DNA of 60,795 nucleotides, filler included, from Squatina squatina (Eukaryota), in assembly GCA_031763465.1 (NCBI GenBank). It is 4 parts of 3 records of this genome, joined end to end, with 100 filler letters (N's around TTAATTAATTAA, not from the genome) between each part and the next. Parts side by side here need not be neighbours in the genome. Positions count along the whole stretch, not along the records: positions 47,536 to 60,795 come from JARFOE010000219.1; 3 more parts are not named here. One strand, 5' to 3'. Positions within the stretch are counted from its first letter, which is position 1. Each line of letters starts with the position of its first letter. Shown here in pieces: positions 54,501 to 60,795 of the stretch. A model generated the notes under the pieces. That model had not been told where the DNA came from, made no database searches, and worked only from the letters and a program-made list of their open reading frames with translations. The position numbers were made by a program, and so were the translations under genes.

Positions 54501-55081
54501 GTAACAGCCAAATGGACATTTTGACATGGGAGTTAGAAAGTACAAGAAAGTAACGAGAATGTTCTGTCATAAGGTGCAGGTTATAAAGAATGCAATGTTT
54601 AGAAAATACACACGGGTTAAGTACTTTGTATATGTTGAACATTGATAAACTAACAATAGTGTAATATTCTGGACGTTCTAAGATCTAAAACAGTATGGTA
54701 GTAAGTTTTACTGAATGTGACAGCATGTGACTTTCTGCTGTGTGACTCATGATTACTTTTTCATTGATTCTATGGAGTTCCCCTAATGGTTTCTGATTGG
54801 TGTTATTTAACACTGGCTTTAAGCAATTTAAAATAAATGGGTTAATCTCATGTTAAAGTAACATTGATCAAAAAAATCTCGGCAGAGATCTTCTGTGAGT
54901 ATTTGATGAAATGGGCAGTTTCTGTACCTCAGAGCAAACTTAGGAATGTAAACAGGAGGTTGGGCACACAGGCAGGGAAGGGTGGTGCATGAAGTTAAGT
55001 GTTTTGTTTAGTTAAAGATAGATATGCATGACAAATAGGATCGGTCAACTTACAATATATCTCATTTTTCTTTTCTGTCAG

Positions 55082-55228
55082 AAGACAAACAAGGATGTAA
55101 ATAACTTTGATCGAGACTTCACCACAGAGAAGCCCGTGTTGACACCGATTGATGAGACCCTCGTCCGTATGATCAATCAAGATGAATTTAAAGGATTCTC
55201 ATTTGTCGCTGAAGAAGCATGTGGTTGA
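55082..55228 (+). CDS. PKC epsilon/eta clade terminal coding exon (AGC C-terminal tail with turn and hydrophobic motifs)
   Basis: Strong acceptor ttttcttttctgtcag; encodes [48 protein letters not shown]. Adjacency to a HIF1A-like exon favours PRKCH, but the sequence is intermediate between PRKCE and PRKCH. Confidence 0.92.
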   Translation, partial: KTNKDVNNFDRDFTTEKPVLTPIDETLVRMINQDEFKGFSFVAEEACG

Positions 55229-55867
55229 AATATGAATCTCAATTCATCAGTGAGCGGACAATTTTAGAACTCTGACAAGTCATAGCACCACAAAGCCCAC
55301 CTCAAACAAGTGGCATGGTTATTGCATCTTGGCGGCACAGAAACGTCATTCAGACAAGATCATCATTTAAAGTTGCTGAAATGAGAACTGACATGCTGTT
55401 TATATTGAATTTTTGTTTTGTGTAACTTTGTGAAACTGAGTGACTTTGTCTCATTGTCCATTACCTTTCCAACAACATGTCTTCTGAATGTCAGAACTGA
55501 TGGTCATCATGAAGCAGTCATTTACAAATAAGTATTGTTACAATGGATCATTATTAAATTATACATCTATCATTTGCACTCAGCTGTTTAGCTATTTAAT
55601 TAGCTGTGTATCTATAAACAGAAACTGAAATTTGTTAACAGTAAGCAGCTCTACACTTCCGTAAACAATAGTTGACTTTTTGCTAGAAATCTGTCTTCAG
55701 GGACCCATATATTCATTTATGAGGGAGGAATAAGCCTGTATGTTTTACATTGTACTTTGTTGACTGCTTGAAGTAGCCATCTTAAAGTTGCGATGCACTA
55801 TGGAGAAACATAGCTGTGGAATGGAGAGTGTAAGCTGTCTTGTGTATATAAGTTATAGCTGTTGGCA

Positions 55868-55980
55868 AATAAATGTTTAAAAACTGCATATTTTGTCTTT
55901 TAAAAAGCCTCAAAGATTAAAAGCAACCGGTTCTTGGAGTTGCACAATATAGGAGATGTGATGGTGTGAGAGGCAATAAA
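55868..55980 (+). terminator. Candidate polyadenylation signals of the PKC gene
   Basis: AATAAA at 55868-55873 and 55975-55980, downstream of the stop in AT-rich, UTR-like sequence. Confidence 0.35.
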
Positions 55981-58276
55981 CTCATTATGAGTAGAGCTTT
56001 GTAAATTCGTACGTGGGGGTGGCTACGAAGGAGGTTTCCAGCCTGTGTTGATTATCCAGTATCATCAATGACCATATTGCTGTTGTCCTGTTCAATTGTA
56101 CAGTGTTGTGTCTCATTAAAGTCAATCAGTTTTTTAAAAAAAATACAACTTTGTACTTACAAGTAGACCTGGGTTAAGAGGAAGCAAACTAGCAAGCTTC
56201 TCCTCAGCTGATTGTTGTCTGTCCCTCACTTACTATAGGCCACTTTTTTTCTGTATTAGCCACACATTCCTTATTAATTATCATTTTGTTGCATAGATTG
56301 GTGATGAACAAGCCAATATATTATTTTTACACAGTAAGGCACAGCTGAGGGACTCGGCAGCACTAAGGCTAAGGCTGTACTTTCCTCATAACAACGCTGT
56401 TGCCACGTCATTGTATAGTCATCCAAGAGGGAAAGTTGGAGTACGACACCTTTTTCCTTAACCATGACAATACAATCTTTTAGTAAACTTTATTTTCAAT
56501 GCAAGTGCAGACAAAAGGTTAATCTTGAAATCTGAGGCTGCATGAGGTGGTTAGGGCTCAATTATCATGGATGATTCATCAGATCCTTTGGTATGAGTTG
56601 TCATGTGGTTACAAATAAGTTCCTGCCATGTCTTGAGGTGTGTCTGAGAATTTGAGTGCAGTAGCATGTCAGAATCAAGTCAAGGATTAGAATTGATCTC
56701 ACATATTCACAAACTAACCTATAAGTATACCATTTACTGTGGTTTTTGACCCTTCCCCCTTCCCAAGTAGGAAATAGAAATTTCTACATGAATAATGACC
56801 AAGGTCCATCTAGTTCATCTTCTACCATCCTGGTAGTCACAGTCACATGACACAATGGCCNNNNNNNNNNNNNNNNNNNNNNNNNNNNNNNNNNNNNNNN
56901 NNNNNNNNNNNNNNNNNNNNNNNNNNNNNNNNNNNNNNNNNNNNNNNNNNNNNNNNNNNNTTAATTTTTCTGTTAGCGAGCTATGTTCCAGCAGTTAGAC
57001 GCCCAAGCCTAAACTTAGGCTGGATTGCAAAGTCATTCTTACGGTCTGATAATGTGAGGGGAGAAATGATTGGTCGAAAATTCGCGCACTAGGGAGTGCA
57101 GAAGGGGAAAACCCTCACTAAGATCATTGCAAAGAAGCACATGATGATGAACACACACCAGTGTTTAATTGTAATTCTGCAAGGAGCCATCTTATGCACA
57201 GTTCACATAAGGTTATAGCACAGATCTGTTTATAAAAACTGCTGTTTTTTGTTCCAAGGTAAAAGAGTAGTGGGGGAAAAAGCCCAAATTGTCCAGTTTG
57301 CCGATACTATTTAGAATCTTGAAAACTTCAACAAGGTCTTCCCTGAGCCACCTTTTAGCTGCTGTAAACATTCCCAACTTCCCTAGACACTCAGGAGCCT
57401 AGTCGCCTGCATCATTTTAGTTGCCCTCCTCTGCACCCAAATCTTCACAGTAACCAGAATGTATGCAGTAACTGGGTGGCGCTGATTCACAAGTTTATTA
57501 CCTCCTAGAAGTTATTTTCTAACTTGTTTCATATCCCCGCCATAATCCCTATTTACTAAAATACTTTAGGTTTTGTCTCATTATAATGACACTGTTAACT
57601 TAAAATAAAGCTGTTTGCAATTGTATCTGAGACAGAAGCTAACTGTTCCTCTTACTGTAAGATTTGTTTTCTCAGACACAAAAATGATCAATTTTTTGTA
57701 GACTAGGGCAAACGTCCAAGAATCTTATGACTTCGCAGTAACCCGCCCAAGTAGGTCTGTGCTGTTCTATTCGAACACTCGCAGCATTGTCTCCAAAAGT
57801 CATCAACACCATCTTAATTGTTTACTGGACTGGACTTGGCATTTCCACATAGTATGCCTGTAAGTTATGTGTCACTGATTTTTCCAAGCAGTGAAAGGAA
57901 ATGAAAGAGATTTGAAGAGGGCATACAGTTGCCAAACACCACCTTAACTCATTCTTAACTCAATCCTTTGTGGGTAGCTCAATCAAGCAAATATCTACTA
58001 TCAAATGAAATTGCTGGCAGTTGTTGGTTTAATATATTGATTAACAGGAGTCCACAATTAATACCGAAAAATGTAGTCATTGCAAAGAAAATTTACCTTG
58101 ATTCAACTTTATCTTAAGTGAGCCATTCTGTATTTATGAAAGCAATGGGTGCTTGAGATTTCTTGCATCCACTTTANNNNNNNNNNNNNNNNNNNNNNNN
58201 NNNNNNNNNNNNNNNNNNNNNNNNNNNNNNNNNNNNNNNNNNNNNNNNNNNNNNNNNNNNNNNNNNNNNNNNNNNN

Positions 58277-59300
58277 ACCCACAGCTATGGTGGCAACAGT
58301 CTGAGCTTCCACTGCAGCACACATACGTTGCATGTCTGCTGCTTGTGCTGCAATGGAAGCTGAGTCATCGGCCATCAGATGCTACATCATGGTTGGGTCC
58401 ACAAGTGTGTGAACGGAGTGGCCACTACTTCCATGTTGAAAGAATGGGCTCTAAGCTCTGTGCAAGGTGGGTGCCAGACTCCTCCATGCTCCTTGACATT
58501 GCATGCAGGTTTTCTAACAGGCTTCCAAAGGCAGCAAGCATTTAATGGTGCATACCCATCAGCCTTTTTCTGTAGCCTGCCCCATCGAAGTGCTCATCTT
58601 CAGCAGAACTCATGTGTGACCTCGTCCTCGAGTGAGCTGGCACCTGCGCTCTCCTTGGCCCCTGCTCTGGTTGCAGGCCACTTGTGCCCGGTGTCTCACC
58701 ACGTGCAGATCCGGCCTCTATTGGGTGATGGTGTGTCTATATCATGACTGTCTGCTTGCTGCTCCTCCACTGCCTGGTCAGATTGGAATTCTTGGGTATA
58801 TGAAAGGAGTAAGGCATAAGGCTAAGGTTGTGCTGAGGGGTGGTGGGGAAAGTAAGAGGTGCATGCTTACACCATCTGCAGCTTGTAAATCTGAAGAGAT
58901 TGTGGGATGACGAGGTAGTGGGATGTGAGAAGGAGGATTAGGTATGAGAATACCACCATCTTTGATGGTTTCAGCTCCGTCGCTGGCCATAGCCTCAGCA
59001 ATTTCCGTTCAAATAATGGCCATCACCATCTCCTCCATGGGTGTTAGGACATGCAGGAGCAGTTGCCCTCCCCCCCCCGCTCCCCCCCGCCGGTTAGCTC
59101 CTACTGCCTCCGGTTATGCGCCACCTGTTTCTGCGAGAGAGCGGGAAGTGTGTCAGTGAGTGTAGTTCAATCTGTTTGTGTGATGTGGCTGTCACGGTTG
59201 ACTAGCTAGCTAGCTGTGAAATGTGGACGCGAGGCTTGCTGAAATGTGCGGTTGAGGTGAAGCTATGAATGCGGTGCCCACATCCCATGAATGAATGAAA
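58277..59300 (-). mobile_element. Inverted copy of the Harbinger-associated ORF region
   Basis: Reverse-complement similarity to 38906-39841. Confidence 0.55.
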
Positions 59301-60196
59301 GGGCAGACTAGCTTTAACTGATGCTACTCTTTCATGATATTGGCCCCCTGCTGATGCGTTCAACCAAAGAACAGTGCAGATAGCGCTGGCTGGACACAGA
59401 GATCATTTAAATAAGCAGGCAGCATGAAGTTGGCGTATTGCTTGCATTGCAATAAACGGGTGTGGATTAATCACGCAGCGCGAGCCCTGCAAGACTTTTT
59501 GGGGGGCTATCCAATTTAGCTCCTGTGCCCTTTTGTAGTAAAGAAAGATTTCCCAGTATATGTTGTACCTCCAGCACTGTTCGGGTATTGAGATCTGTAA
59601 CACTAGATGAAGCCTTTGGATGAAAGGACATGCAAATATTAGATACTTATAAATCCTCCACTAATCTGCAGATGCTTCTAAATCAAGCGACTAGCCTCAG
59701 AAATAGATTGATTTAGTGAACAGGATGAGTGTTAAGCTGTTTAAGCCATCTGTGCCCTTGCCCCATCAGCAAAATACAGTCTACCCCCGCCCCCCCACTA
59801 CACTTCAAGTAGAAATGCTCGAGCTGTGTGCANNNNNNNNNNNNNNNNNNNNNNNNNNNNNNNNNNNNNNNNNNNNNNNNNNNNNNNNNNNNNNNNNNNN
59901 NNNNNNNNNNNNNNNNNNNNNNNNNNNNNNNNAAGTGGCGAGTCTCATTCTCAAGAAAATTTGTGTTGCAGATTTTGAAAAATATTTAAATTTTTTTTTT
60001 AGTTTTTCTGTTTTTTTTCTTGTGCCTCCTCTTTAATCCCATGTGGATGTCCCAACCTTTATTTTTCTTCTATAGAGTGATTTAAATGTAATTTATTTCC
60101 TTTTTTTTTTACTTCCTGCTTTGCAGACTATGTGAGGATTCTTCAATCTGGTTGAAGAGCTGCGCTGCTGTTTAGTCTGCTCTGATGCCACAGATC

Positions 60197-60210
60197 CCTG
60201 TAGAGGGCGC
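60197..60210 (+). promoter_or_regulatory. CTCF-like motif CCTGTAGAGGGCGC upstream of the HIF exon
   Basis: Close match to the CTCF core consensus; motif evidence only. Confidence 0.3.
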
Positions 60211-60417
60211 CACACTGGATCAGATGCCCAATTACTAGAAATAAGAACATAAGACAAGCCGCAAAAAGTCTCTGGGCAACTGTACGTGAAGTGAACAGCA
60301 AAAGTCGTTCCTTCACCACTCCCAGCAAAGTCCGGGCTATTGTTTTTGAACCTATTTACACAACAGCTTGTATTTATGTAGCCACTATAATGTAGTAATA
60401 CCCTAGTATTTACGTCA

Positions 60418-60580
60418 CAGAATCAAGCCATTTGGCCTAGCTGGTCCCTGGCGGTGCTTATGCTCCACACAAGCCTCCCCTACTTCATCTAACCCCATCA
60501 ACATATCCTTCTATTCCTTTCTCCCTCGTATGTTTATCTAGCTTTCCCTTAAATGCATCTATGCTATTCACCTCCACTAC
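60418..60580 (-). mobile_element. CR1-type 3' tail, inverted
   Basis: Similar to about 46810-46920 (cacaagcctc...catcaacatatccttc). Confidence 0.55.
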
Positions 60581-60651
60581 TTTCAAGCTTGAAATCAACT
60601 AAGTGGTGGTTAACAAAAAGAATTTACTTGACCTGTATGTAACTTGTACAG

Positions 60652-60795
60652 GGGATGCGGAGATGGAAGATGACCTGGAGAAACAGCTCAACAGCTTTTA
60701 CTTGAAGGCCCTGGAAGGATTTGTCATGGTACTAACACAGGACGGAGACATGATCTACATGTCTGAGAATGTCAACAAGTGCATGGGACTCACCC
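60652..60795 (+). CDS. HIF1A: Hypoxia-inducible factor alpha PAS-A exon (equivalent to HIF1A exon 3), truncated by the window end
   Basis: Acceptor ttgtacag, phase 1; encodes (G)[47 protein letters not shown]. Closer to recalled HIF1A (EDD..Q.N.FYLKAL.GFVMVLT) than to EPAS1 or HIF3A. Confidence 0.85.

Overview
Vertebrate nuclear DNA, most likely a cartilaginous fish judging from its CR1, L2, RTE, Tx1, Penelope-like, tRNA-SINE and Harbinger-type repeats. It comes from a heavily gapped assembly. Three artificial linkers (44 N + TTAATTAATTAA + 44 N, at 14669-14768, 31936-32035 and 47436-47535) divide the window into four blocks that may be unrelated. Block 1 holds an intron-containing CRACD (KIAA1211) gene that looks pseudogenised: its large exon has three in-frame stops and abuts a CR1 3' tail. 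Block 2 holds one intact cyclooxygenase (PTGS) exon and a degenerate pair of hemicentin-like Ig exons on the minus strand. Block 3 is mostly repeats plus a candidate CCAAT/TATA/Inr promoter. Block 4 holds two exons of a novel-class PKC (epsilon/eta clade) and a HIF1A-type PAS-A exon at the window end; one PKC exon is disrupted by a 24-bp minisatellite that appears to derive from that exon. I see no prokaryotic system, CRISPR array or clearly new biological system. The best leads are the exon-derived minisatellite, the decay of three conserved genes and a possible extra PKC paralogue. Homology calls rest on my recall of human protein sequences, not on searches, and repeat boundaries are approximate.
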